Shown piece by piece: positions 51,733 to 64,000 of a DNA stretch of 64,000 nt. Source of the stretch: Takakia lepidozioides (taxonomy: Eukaryota; Plantae; Bryophyta). Both the position numbers and the translations under genes were made by a program. The notes under the pieces are model-generated. The model ran no database searches. It saw only the letters and a list, made by a program, of their open reading frames with translations, and was not told the DNA's origin. The number at the start of each line of letters is the position of its first letter. Within the stretch, counting starts at the first letter, position 1. The stretch is taken from the NCBI GenBank assembly GCA_030704615.1, contig CM060733.1, positions 11,408,001 through 11,472,000 on the forward strand, written 5' to 3'.

Positions 51733-52724
51733 TCAAAGAGGGACTTTTAGGGTTTACAAAAAGGTTAAAAAACTTAAAAAGTTGCCCACCACGGTAGCGT
51801 GAACAGACTTAGAGCGAGCGGGAGGGAGAGAGAGAGAGGGTTGGAACTTAGAGCGAGCGAGCGGGAGAGAGGGCAAACATGCATGGGAGGCCCGCAGTTG
51901 GATCAACCTTCGCATTTGGAGCAAGCAACCCTAGAAACGCTAGGGTATGTGTGCAAGGAGGTTTCGGCTGGGAGCCCGCCGTTCTTGGGAGAGTCAGCTT
52001 CGTCTTAGCAGGCCGTGTTTCAATCTCTACCCGCTCGGCCCTGATTTTACAGCACGGAGCAGAGCTGGCATGAGTTTCTAAAAGATCCTTCACGATGGTG
52101 GGACAACCGCAATCGCAAGGTGTGGCTTTTTCTAATGTACGATGTGAAGAAGTTTGTCCATCCTGCAAATGTGGGTTGTTGGCTCCTGTTAGTACCATGA
52201 TTTGGTATTCTTCCTGATGTTTACAAGGTTCTTGGGAGAGTTAGCTTGGTCTTAGCAGGCCGTGTTTCAATCTCTGCCCACTCAGCTGCACCGTGGTGGT
52301 TCTCACTGACCAATCCGACATTACCTGACTACAGAAACAAGCAGCACACTGAAGAGGTCCTCTTGGGTTCATGGTCAGTCAAATCCTCCATGGGTCATGA
52401 CACAAGGTCGAGGACAATGTGGTGAGGGCAACTTCTTCTTCGACCTATTTCAGCCTGTTTTGCCCTCTCATCAGACTCGGCCCTTCATTTGCAGCACGGA
52501 GCAGAGTTGGCATGAGATTTTTAAAGATCCTTCACGATGGTGCGACAACCGCAATGGCAAGGTGTGGCTTTTCCTTAATGTACGATGTGAAGAAGTTTGT
52601 CCATCCTGCAAATGTGGGCTGTTGGCTCCTGTTAGTACCATGATTTGGTATCCTTCCTGATGTTTCAAGGTTCTTGGGAGAGTCAGCTTGGTCTTAGCAG
52701 GCCGTGTTTCAGGCCATGTGCCAT

Positions 52725-53750
52725 CGTCAAAGCTGAAATTGTACTAGTTGTCATTCTGACCATTGCCCTAGTGGACATGTATGCCAAATGTGGTGCCCTG
52801 CAGCAAGCCTGATGCAAAGGGAGAGTTCGACAACATGGCTAAATGAGATGTGGTGTTGTGGACTGCCATGATTGTAAGGTGTGTGTAGCATAGGTGTGGG
52901 AGTAAGGCTTTGGAAACCTAAGAACAAATGATGTGGGAAAGGATGAAGCCAAACCAGGTCATGTTCATTTGTGTTTGTTAATATGCATATGTGAGCCTAG
53001 CAGCCCTGGGAAGGGGCCAAGAGGTTCATGGTGACATCATCAAAGCTGGAATTGTACCTGATGTCATTCTGAACATTCCCCTAGTGTACATGTATGTCAA
53101 ATGCAAGCCTGGTAGCCCTGGAAAGGACGCAAAGGTCCATTATCAAATCTGGAATTGTACCACTAGATGTCACTCTAAACACTGCCTTGGTGGATATGTA
53201 TGTCAAATGCACGCCTGGCAGCCCTGAAAAAGGGTACAGAGGTCCACGGTGATATTGTCAAAGCTGGTATTGTATCTGATGTGATTCTGAACGTTGCCGT
53301 AGTGGACATGTATGCCAAGGTTGCAGGGTGCAACTACAAGGATACATGGCTGTTTTGATAATATGGCTGAATGAGATGTGGTACCAGCCTAGCCCATAAT
53401 TGCACTTAACTAGAGTAGGCAATGAGTGAAGACGGGGTTTGTGATGACATCGTCCAAGCTGGAATTAAACAAATGTTGTTCTGAACTATGCCTTTGTGGA
53501 CTTGTATGCCAAATTGGGGTGCATGGAGGATGATGATCCCAGGATATGCACAACAGCGGCGCGGGATCGAGGCCCTTTGGAGAGGTCTATGAGCAAGTGG
53601 TGTGGGAAGGGATACTGCAGCGCAACCACATCGCGTTTGTTACATTTGCAACATGTGTGCAAGCCTGGCAGCCCTGCAAAATAGCAAAGAGGTTCGTGGT
53701 AACATCGTCCAAGCTGGAATTGTACTAGATGTCGATCTGAACTTTGACAT
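52725..53750 (+). pseudogene. PLS-PPR repeat fragments inside the CACTA
   Basis: Several ALVDMYAKCG / SLAALGRGQEVHGDIIKAG / DVVLWTAMI-like units with stops. Confidence 0.85.
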
Positions 53751-54790
53751 GATGCCAATGTGACAACAAGAAAGTATCCAAAAACCGGTCACAGAGACGA
53801 GGAGAAGTTGTGGAATGGTGAGACAACCGAGGGAAAAAGGTTAATGCCTGTTAGATTATAGAGGGCAGACGCAATTCAGCATAGGAACTAGTGTGATAAG
53901 CTGAGTTGGGTGTTTCCTAGAACAAATCTAGGCTGTCATTATCAGCTGCAAGGCAAGGAAGTATGCATGATTTGTGCAGAAGCAGTGATAGCTGAAAGAG
54001 CAGGGATAGAGTATGGGTCCAGATTCATCCAAGAGGGCCAGATTTCAAGCACATGATTACCTATGATTACCTGTGGATTTAGCTATAAGAAACCTGCATG
54101 GGTAGATGGTGAATTGGAAGCCGTAGGAGTAGCGGCACAATTGATAAAATCAAGCACTGCTAATAAAGGCACCTTCTTCAACACATTTCACCCTGTTTTT
54201 CCCTCTTATTAGAACCGGCCCTAAATTTCAATGTCTGCAAGTTAGCTGGTTGAGTGAATCTAGTTTGGAGTGACTTTGACATGATATTGCCAATGTGACA
54301 ACAGGAAAGTATCGAAAAACAGTTAACGGAGATGAGGGGAAGCTGTGGAATGAATACTTTTCTGACCCCAGTCAATGGTGGGACAATCGAGGCAAAAAGG
54401 TAAATGCCTGTTGGATTACAGAGAGTAGCAGATGCAATTGAGAATAGGAACTAGTGTGGTAAGTTGAGTTGGGTGTTTGCTGGAACAAATGTAGGTTGTC
54501 ATTGTCAGCTGCTAACAGCAATGCAAGGATATATGCATGATCTGTGCAGAGGCATGGATAGCTGAAGGAGCAGGGATAGAGTGTGGGTCCAGATCATCCA
54601 AGAAAAGCCGGATTTCAAGCTCCAGATTACCGATGATTCCCTGTGGAAGGATAGCTACAAGAAACCTGCATGGGTAGATGGTCATGGGTAGATGGTAGAT
54701 AGTTTGGAGTGATTTTGACATGATACTGCCAAAGTGACAATAAAAAAGTATCCATGTAACAGTAGCAGACGCAATTCAGCATAGGCACTA
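53750..54790 (+). pseudogene. PDF-motif gene fragments inside the CACTA
   Basis: KLWNEYFSDPSQWWDNRGKK followed by a GT donor; HPRGPDFKHMIT; YKKPAWVDG. Homologous to 18645-21070. Confidence 0.8.
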
Positions 54791-55187
54791 AAGGCAAACT
54801 CTCCTTCCCCGGAAGGGTGTGTTTTGGTATATGAGCGAATAAATATTTTATCTAAGAATATAATTTCAAAAATTCGTTATTTAATAATGTGTCACTGTCC
54901 CATGTTGGTCAAAAGTAATAATAATTATAATAATTATAGTAATTGTAATAACAATAAATTAAATCCCCAAACCCTCCCCCACAGCGACGCGTGTCAATTG
55001 ACATGATGAACCACGTGTCAAAATCACGATGCGACACATGCTGACATCTGATTCCCTCCTCTGCAGTCGGATGGCGTCGCAGTCTGACACGCGGCGTGTT
55101 CTGTAGAGAGCACGTGTCTCTCTTACACAGCGGCTGACATGGACCCGTTCAGTCATTCAGTAAAGCCAGCAATCTGTTGTAGTGATC

Positions 55188-55361
55188 ACCTCGTCCGTCT
55201 CACCATGCCAACGAGCTCCTGTATTATCAAGCTCACTTGTGCATGGATTGCGACTCAATCCATCCGCATCCCGGTTGACTATTCCGGCTCGATGCACCAC
55301 CTGGAAGTCGTACTCTTGAAGCATAAGTGCCCACCGTGCAAGCTTCTCTGTAAGCTTGTCA
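55188..55361 (-). mobile_element. Gypsy RNase H end / integrase linker
   Basis: DKLTEKLARWALMLQEYDFQVVHRAGIVNRDADGLSR. Confidence 0.9.
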
Positions 55362-55691
55362 ACAGGTGGACTAGGGCTAGGCAGGTCCAACAGTGAACCT
55401 GAGGTTCAAGGCCTGCATGGAAGTGACAGTTTTCCTCAAAATGCCTAGAAACTTGAAGCGAGAGTGCAAGACGAGGGAGAGAAGAGAGAGAAGAGAGGAG
55501 AGAGAAGAGCAAAAAAGAGACGAGAGATATCTGGATGAATGAATCTAATGGATGAATCATTATATTCATCCATCCGGTCCTTTACCACTCTAGGCTTTCT
55601 GCCAAGTGTGTTGAGTGTCCACTGATTCTCCTTACTTGCCTTACAACGTCCTTTGCAGCAACAGAAGGAGTTACAGCAAAAGCTTTGGACA

Positions 55692-58600
55692 ATGAGTAGC
55701 TCTGGACAAAAATTTCCATGCTATTGTGCAAGGTGCAAAGGGGCTCATATGTCAAAGAGGACTATATACAGGCATATGAATTCTGAAGACGTATTCGTGA
55801 ATGAGGTGGAAGAGGAAGCCCTCACAGCACCAGTTCTTGACCCTCAAGACAACACATCTTCAGAAGGTGCACATGGCCCTTCTTCTAGTGAGGAACATCC
55901 ATCTTGCGAACTTGACCTTCAAGGGAGAATGTCCTCAGGTTCACTTGACCCTTCTTCTAGTGAGGCAGCTCCATCTTGTGAAGCTCGAGCTTTAACCCTG
56001 GAAGAAGTCCTCACCAACAAAATCGTAGAGCTTCAGGACAAGTGGGACGAGAGTCACGTACCCCTTAATCTGCAAGACTTCATGTTACACGAATTATTTG
56101 GCTCATTGCAAGAAGAGCCCAAAGTTCTCGAAGATGGGAGTGTCGATTACAATGCCTTATCAACTGGCAGATTGTTGACAATGGTTGGTTCAGAGGGATT
56201 CAGGGGGTTCGTACCACCGACTTCATGGAAAAAACTTCGTCACTTGTATAAAGGGTTGGGGTTGGTAGCGACAGAGAGGTGGCGTTTGTGTACTGGGGAC
56301 ACAGAAACACCACATGCTCCCCACCTCATGCCACCTAGTGATGAGGAATCATACGAAGGCTCTGAGATGGTGCCTTGTAGGTGTGAGCCTACTTCTGGAA
56401 AGAAATTTAAAAGGGACTACGCAAGATGTTCTGACAGATGTCCAATCTGCTCACAAATGAGGAAAAACATCCTAGCTTTTGACTACATACCTATTGGACC
56501 GCTGCTAGCAAGCCTATGCAAAAGTAGGACCATTTGTGAAAAGATGTTGAGTACGTGGAGGGCCAGGGACAGATGGTTGGGAAAAGATTCCAATTTTTCG
56601 CTAGAGCATATCAAGGAGCATTTTGATGGGAGCAAGTTTCGTGAATACCAGGCCTTCTGGAACCCAGAGGCAGAGTGGGAGGCCCCTATAATATGTCCCA
56701 ATAAGAATTGTTCCCAGGTGTTCAGGACATTTCCTGCATCTAAAAGGTGCAAGGAAGTAATTCAACATTGGGATTTAGAGACAGACCACTACACCTTCGC
56801 GTGCTCGGAGTGTGCCAGTCAGATTCATGTCCCAAGGCGCATGTTGAAGGTAAGTCATTTGCAGTTCATATTGGTATATATTTCTTTGCTTCCAAGCCGT
56901 AGGTGTGTCCTTATTTAGTATGTATCTTTGGTTCTTTGAAATGTTTCCAGGTCCAATTTTAATCTTGTTTGCATGTGCAGGGTGATCCAGGCAATTTCGG
57001 ATTGATGCTGCATTGGGATGGTTTTTCGACAGCAAAGACAAGTCCCAAGAGCTGCTGGACTGTGGACGTGATGATATTGAATTTTGGTAAAGACAACACA
57101 ATGGATCCTTTGCCTGTCATGTTCAAGATGACAACGTGTTGACAACATTCTTGGAGCCTCTGATGACAGATTTGGAACGTATGTTTGTGGATGGATTCCC
57201 AGTCCACTACTCATATCCTGCGGGATTCATTAGCGAGTACCTTTCCAATGCCGATTCAATTACCTTGAGGGCCATGCTAATGGTTTGGACTGGTGACCAC
57301 CCTGCTCAGTGCAAGGTGGGTGGAATGAAGAGCGGGGGCTACTCAGGTTGTCGACGCCACTACATGGCATCCAGGTGGCGGGCTAGATCTACCAACAGGG
57401 GTTTGGTGGAGTACCATGACAACAGATTGCATATGAGACACCCACCTGACATGCGGCTTGCGAAAAACATGGCACTTTCCGTGAGAGAATGGCAGAAACT
57501 ACCTGATGGCAGAAGAAAGGAAGAAGTTGCTCGTGAAGCAGGCATTTCAGGGAATTCATGTCTTTGGAGATTGTATGATTTATATGGCTTCGATGTATCT
57601 CGTGATTTGACGTACGATGTCATGCACACCTTGACGTTGTGTATATTCAAGTAGTACGTTCATATGCTGGTAAAGTATGCCGGAAAAAATAGTATAGAAT
57701 CATTGGGATTCTACAAGGCAGAGGAGTACCAGATCTTCGTCATGTGGTGCTTGCCACACGTGTTGGATCATCTTAATCTGGGATTGGACTCTATTTTGGG
57801 TGGGACAGGTGTGATCCTCACTGAGATTGGAAGGTTGTTTTACACACACAGTCGAAGGTACGGTTGGACAACTCAGAGCTTGAAGAATGCACGAGAGTTA
57901 TTGGCAGCATGGCGTGTTCGCTTGGAAGAGAGTGTTGGGCCAAACTCTGCTCCGTTGGAACATGCTGCAGGTAAACAATTCAGTTTTATTTGCATCAGAT
58001 CTTGCATCAGATCTTACTACTCTTGCCAATGAAGTTACATTTGTTTTGTTTGTGGAGTTGTTGTTTTGCAATCCATTGAATGATGACAGGGTCATGTGTC
58101 TATCTCTATGTAAAATTCAAGGGTCATCTAATATGTGATATGCCCTTGTATAGGGAGCAGAGAGCTATTGGATGATGTGGAAAGGCATGGATGCCACGAC
58201 ATTTTTTGGTGCTACTCATTTGAGAGGGAAGTTTCTAGGGTTGTGAACATCTCATCCAACCAGTTGAATAGTGAGGTCACTTACACCAATTACTATGCCA
58301 GGAAATGCTTTACAATGGTTCACAAGGCAGTCCATTTGGACCATGATGGATTATTCTTGGATCGGAGAGCATTGAAACACGTGCACCAATACCTTCAAGT
58401 TCCCATGGATGTGCGCCGTGTGATGGGTGAGGATTTAACAGTGTGTGAATCATGGCATGAAGACTGTGTGGTGGTTGTACCCTCTCAGGAAATTGCTCGA
58501 GTGGTTTGGAAGTTGGTGCAATGGCTGCCACCTTGCCCTTGCAAGCAAATCATCCTTGGGAAGGGCATCATTGTGGGACAAAAGAAAGCACTTCCAACAC

Positions 58601-59490
58601 CAATCCTGGAAGACACGAGTTTGTACTTGCGGCAGTTCTGGAGCAGCCTTGGCATTATGACTAATGAGAACTCGCAACTCTTTCAGAGTTCAGTGCAAGG
58701 ATTCACATTTCTGATGCTCAATGGGAAGGAATATCGAGTTGATGATTCAGTGGTTGTTGAGCTACCTGATGAGGCTTATGAAGGCCACTCATGGACATGG
58801 AAGGCAAAGATCACCCGATTCTTCATTCATGAATTCTATGGTGATAGGAGGGTTTTCTTCCAAGGTGAGTACACAATACAACAATGTCATCGTCATCATC
58901 TGCTGTGGCTCTCAAGGACAACCGTACTAGTATGGTTGTCTTGCAACCATGTCCACAGAGGTAGCCTGGTAATGACATCAGACCCACGCACCTCCTAATG
59001 CACAAATTCATCCCACTCCCTATAGTAGGGCAAAATAGGGGGCATGTTGTTGCGTATGAGTTGGAGGATATTTCACCCCAGGAGCATCTGTTCCAACCAG
59101 GAATGCCCGGCTGCCCGCTGCCAAACAGGGGATATAGTGATGGTCAGGAATAATGGTTCCCAATCGTTCTCGGCGGCTGTGGTGAGGAGTGTGTCTGGAC
59201 CCAGGTTCACGGTCGACTCTCCAGCTGAAGAAGAAAGTATGAGGATAGAAATTGCAGTAGGGCCACTTGTGGAGCGGGATTATTTTGTTGGTGAGGTGGA
59301 TTTAGGCATGCTGGAGGTTGTTGGCCAACGGACTGGCATCCTCAAGCGGTACAGGGCCTCTGGAATCATCAGCACAAGATCTTGGCACTCTCTTGAAAGA
59401 GTGCTGCACGATGCCCAAGTTACACGTCGTCACAATGAGGAATCTATTGAGTGGGCATGGCGAGATAGTTTGGTTTGCACCAGTAGGTGA
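55692..59490 (+). mobile_element. CACTA/EnSpm (CMC)-type transposase pseudogene with introns
   Basis: CYCARC N-terminal finger, FDYIPI, LMLHWDGF, WTGDHPAQCK...GYSGCRRH, YDVMH, YKAEE, WCYSFERE and a BAH-like C-terminus. Introns at about 56850-56980 and 57971-58152. No TIR was found. Confidence 0.85.
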
Positions 59491-60329
59491 AAATAGGGTG
59501 CCAGTGTTTCTGCTGGTGCATATATTCATGACACCACAGGATTTTTGGAAATCAGCTGCTCTTTCTGGTTGGCCTCAACCTCACGACCCCTGCGTATGCA
59601 GCAACATCGCAGCCCACCATCCCTGTCTTCACATTTCTATTGGCACTGGCTTTTGGGTCAGTTTTACCTTTCTTCATTGTCATGGTATTAGCTTCTCTTT
59701 CAATAGCAATGTCCATCGTTGGCCTAATTTTTAGGAGAAGCAGGCTGTTGCATATGCATATGTCACTAGAAGAGAAACCGGCTTTTTCCACGGCTCTGCC
59801 ATCTCACACCTGGCACATTCCACGGCTTTTATCACGGGTCTGTAGACTGAGCCAAGGTGTGGGTCTACATATGCCCTAACTGTGGGGTGTCTCACATGTG
59901 GTCCACACCCCAGGCAAGAACGGTGTGAAAACAGCCATGACCGTGGCAGGGGTTGGCTTAGTTTACATGGCATGTTACACACCTGTGTGAAATGGGACCA
60001 TACAATTATTTCCACTGATTGTGGTGTATGGGTTTAGTTAGTACTCCGCTGCAAATGGAATAAATCATGAACTTCAGAAATCTGCCCTCGGAAAGACGAA
60101 GAGGTGGTCGTCGCACTTTGCAATGTAAACCGAATGCAATGCAAGCTTAACAGTCCTCATATTATGATTGAAGGGAGTCAAATTAAGTGTGACCATATCA
60201 GTGCAGGGACATAAATATGAATCATTCAACATTGTAAAGCTAGAGGTAAAGGTAGAGCTAGTACATGGTACCTTTAAAACTTGTTGCAGAGTGCAAAAGG
60301 TTTAAAGATCAAAGTGCAAAAGGTTTAAT

Positions 60330-60747
60330 TTTTTTTGCAAAAGTTGCTTGTAGGGATTGCAAAAGGTCAATTTAAAAAAAAAGTTGCCCATCCCGGTAGC
60401 TGTGAACAGAGGGTTGGGACTTAGACCGAGCGAGCAGGAGGGAGAGAGAGAGGGCTGGGACTTAGAGCAGCGAGCGGGAGGGAGGGCAAACATGGGAGGC
60501 CCGCAGATGGAGCAACCTTCGCATCTGAAAAGCAAGCAACCCGACAAACGCTAGGGTATGTGTGCGAGGACTAGGTGTCGGCTGAGAGCTCGCCGTTCTG
60601 GGGAGAGTCAGCTTGGTCTTAGGTCAAGGACAATGTGGTGAGGGCACCTTCTTCTTCGACCTATTTCAGCCTGTTTTGCGCTCTCATCAAACTCAGCCTT
60701 AAATTTGTAGCACGGAGCAGAGCTGGCATGAGTTTTTAAAGATCCTA
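60330..60747 (+). repeat. Copy of the 5'/PDF cassette also found inside the Pack-CACTA
   Basis: Matches 51760-52090 and 52408-52530 (AAGTTGCCCA..., GCACGGAGCAGAGCTGGCATGAG). Confidence 0.85.
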
Positions 60748-60749
60748 CT

Positions 60750-62530
60750 GCCGTTGTGTCTTCAGAACAGAAGGTGAAGTGGCTACAGATATGGAACTCC
60801 GATCCCACTGTTAGGGATACCCACATGTTCCCCAGGCCGGAGAAAGAGAAGAAGACCAAGCGTGTCATTCCTGTTAGTGACAATGTGCTGGACACATGAC
60901 TTCACAAGGCCACTTACTGGAGCCAGGTATGATGTCCTTTGTTGTGTCACTTTCTTTTCACTTTTTCTATCATTCTTTTTCCATGTTACATTGGTTGTGA
61001 TTGTTTTTGTGTTCATTCTTGCTTTTGTATTGGTCTGCAGTTGGAGGAAAGGGCCCGGTCGGTTCTACATACGCAGCTGGCTGACTATGGGATCACCATG
61101 ACAGAACCGAAGGTCTCCTTCCAAGCATACATGAGGAAATGGAGAGCCACAGTGTGGCAATCTTGTTTCTTCAGAGAGTTCAGCAAGGATGCTGGCATCA
61201 GTCGAACAAATGAGCTTGACCAGCAAGAGAAAGGAGAGGAAGCCAGGAAACGATGCCTTTACAGGTGCAAAATGGACTGTGCTTCTTTGTTTTGCATAGA
61301 CGCAATCTCCGCCATCCAACCTATTTTTGGTTGGCTCATATGAGTTTGTGGTGGAGTGTAATGTGTCGCATACTCTTTTAGGGGGTCTTCGTGATAGGGT
61401 GGAAAAGCTGGGAGACAATATCTGCATTGCATAATGAGGTTGTCTCTGATCCTGCAGGTACATAAAGTATGTTCTCATGGCAGAGAACTGCTTGGACAAA
61501 CATCCTGATTTCGTGGACCTTTGGCTTGTCCCTGCTGGCAACCTGACCATGTTTACTACGGGGATCTTGCATGACTGGGGCCCGGACCATCTTTCTACTT
61601 GTGGTTGGTATTTGGATTGCCCTACTTCAGAGACCCCAGCTCAAGAGGTGTCTTTGAGGAGAGAGAATGAGCGTATAGCAGCTACCGCCGCAGCAGCCGA
61701 CCTCGACATTCATGAGAGAAATTTGAGGACTCTTGCAGAGAAGGAGCCTCCCGCTCAGGATACACCGGGTAAAGGTAGAAAGGCAAAAGGAAAGGATATT
61801 GCTAGTGGTGTGGGGAAAGGAAGGGGTAGGGGGAAGGGGGCACAAGGGCAGGTAGGTGGGCATGGAAGTGTTGCAGATACTGGCCCTCTGGTGGTTGTCC
61901 AGCAGACTCCACCGCATGGTAGGGGATGCGGGAGAAAGAACAAGGGGGTGGTTGATCCCAAGGACCCGTACTATGCAGTGGAGCATCCCACGAGGGTCAT
62001 TCGCCCTACCAGGTTGGAGATGGCCAACGTCGGGTTCCTTGCCATGATGGAGTCCAAGAAATCTGATTACAAAGGCGAACCATCACCAGTGTGGGAGGAG
62101 ATTGTGGAGTTCCTCGGTACGGTGCGTGTTGTCTTTTGCTTCTTGTCTGTTGTGTGCATGGATCGTTTCAATCCTCTTGAGCATTCCATTGCATGCTTGT
62201 TTGCAGGCTAAAATGACCAAATCCTAGGTGAACGGGAAGGAGAAGCCATATGCAGCCGAACTCATCATCTTGGACATCCCTGATGGGTTGCCAGTCCCGG
62301 ATGTCCCTCCATCGGGTGCTTGTCCAGGTTGGAATGCTTTTGATGAGCGCTACTGGCGGTGGATTTTCTCCTTTTGCAATTTCTTTCTGCCCGATGCAGG
62401 TGTTTTGGTGCTCATCCAGTCCATCGACCTTCCCTGTCGCCGTACACTTGCCAGCTATTTGAAAACCTCCGGTATGTGGGTCGTGAAGACATGGAATTGT
62501 GTGAACAGCATGTACAGGCTTCTTCCTTGC
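60750..62530 (+). pseudogene. Second copy (B) of the methyltransferase-like gene, truncated by a LINE
   Basis: YIKYVL...WYLD and ELIILDIPDG...WN...FFLPDAGVLVLI...KTWNCVN align with copy A. The phase-2 intron ATGAG|GTT...CCTGCAG|G is shared. Confidence 0.7.
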
Positions 62531-62534
62531 GCAC

Positions 62535-64000
62535 CAAGCCCAGTCAAGGCTGGGTACAGGCCTAGATCGAGTAAGAATCCCCTCTCCTCCCCCTCTTCCC
62601 CCTCCCCCCACTCCCCCCTTCAATATCCACCAGCAAAGGCTGAATTTCGCTCCAATGAAGCCCCACCCCCTTCCCCTCAACCAGAGGAGGGGCTGGACCT
62701 CACGGAATCCTCTCAGGCAATTCTCAGCAAGGTGTACCCCCTAATCAAAGTGGACCTTCAGAATACAACCAAAGAGGTCCAATCTCTACAGGAGCACAAC
62801 ATTCTTGTTCATTTCCCAGGAAGGAAGGTAAGTAGGACTCAGGCGAGAGACTGGACGATCAAGAACCTAGGGGGTCCGGGAGAGCTTCTGCATCAGTTCT
62901 GCCATGATAAGGGCAGGGGATTTTACACCATCAATTTTGAGACCTCGGAAGCTGCTGCTCACGCTCTCTCCCTCAATCCTCATTCCAGGGGGTTCAATGT
63001 TAATATCTTTCCATGGTCCTCAAAGATGGAGAAACGGGAAACTCTGGGGCCCCATAGTGGTATCTATTCCATTTATCCCTGACCAATACTTGATCAATCT
63101 TCCGGACATTGCCAACCACTTTGGACACTACTTAGGATGCAGAGGAGTCTTTGACCCCCTAATGAGCACGGAAAAGCTCCGTAAGATTCCAGCCTGGAGT
63201 TCAGGGACTATAGCTTCAAGGCTCAATGACAATGGCTGCGCTACGTTTGTCCTTATCATGCCAAATGAGGAAATCCTCCCGGACTACATCAGGCTCCTAA
63301 TTGATGAAGAAGGGAACTACTTCACAGTTAGAATTATTGAGGACAAGTCCTCATCAGCCTGCTTCAGCTGCGGTACGTTGGGTCATATGCGCAATGAATG
63401 TCCCAACAGCAAGAGAAAGCGATCAGCTCAACATCACTCAGCAAACGATCACCAGTCCCTCTCTCCAATTAGGCCCCAGGCGGTGAATCATCTCTCTGGC
63501 CAGGTCCTCTCTTCACCTGCATCCACCCTGCCATCTTCAGGAGTCATCAACCTGGACACCATGCATTTGGCCTCCGGTATTAGAAGAAGTTACCGCCAAC
63601 ACGGATTCATTGACCCGATGCAGATGGAGGCTCAAGCAATGCTTGGCAGATGGGCAACACGTAACAAAAGGAAATCCAAAGTGGGGGACACCTCCAGCAC
63701 TGTCTCCCCACAACCACCGCTTCATGGGAAGCTGCACCCCCCACATCTATAAAAGACTTGCCCAATCACCCCCAACCCAGACAGGATCACGGGCATAGCG
63801 AACAATGCGATGCTGGCTAAATCTTGCCTCAAGCTAGCCTCATTCCCTGCATTGGATCTCAGGGGCTGCTCCGCCCTTGAAGTATTTGCAGAGCCCAGGC
63901 TATTTGTGTCACACCCCTAATTTACAGGAAGGGGAGATTCCCAACTATGCTCATCACATCCGATGACATTTCGAATATTGAATCGCTCTGGGTCACAGAA
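62535..64000 (+). mobile_element. L1-type LINE ORF1 (RRM-like region plus CCHC knuckle) joined to a late ORF2-like piece
   Basis: GRGFYTINFET...IFPW, CFSCGTLGHMRNEC, then GFIDP...AMLGRW. Confidence 0.8.

Larger units (their letters stand above)
51065..55184. mobile_element. Complete non-autonomous CACTA element (Pack-CACTA), ATC TSD
   Basis: TIRs CACTACAACAGATTGC / GCAATCTGTTGTAGTG, with ATC at 51062-51064 and 55185-55187. Its removal rejoins the Gypsy frame (HGETDEV/MVPGWH). Confidence 0.95.

Noticed and set aside
62228-63082. 284-aa ORF as a genuine MTase-LINE fusion protein
   Set aside because: This is a chance in-frame junction of a LINE into gene B. There is an upstream stop, and the SAM-binding half is missing.

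Overview
This is a transposon-dense plant nuclear region. PLS-type PPR fragments, a TAA1-type gene and short GT-AG introns suggest a bryophyte, lycophyte or fern (inference). Only one host gene is clearly intact: a 5-exon TAA1/TAR-family tryptophan aminotransferase (9759-11848, minus). The rest is nested, mostly decayed mobile DNA: Ty3/Gypsy elements (one chromovirus, one with a PHD-finger integrase), LINE pieces, a P-superfamily-like transposase, a MULE/SWIM transposase, a CACTA transposase, a complete 4.1-kb non-autonomous CACTA carrying OSB-type PDF and PPR fragments, MITEs, and orphan captured exons (VPS4/SKD1, OTU). The best candidate for an undescribed system is an intron-containing gene with a prokaryote-like beta-class amino-(N6A/N4C) DNA methyltransferase fold and a variant DIPD motif IV. 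It occurs twice, once in a MULE-linked cluster (28970-31580) and once behind a CACTA transposase (60750-62530). The MULE-linked copy lies in a cluster with two arrays of TGCG-N4-CGCA palindromes that both show a 116-bp spacing, and a head-to-head pair of unknown paralogs. All family assignments come from motif recognition by eye; no searches were run.
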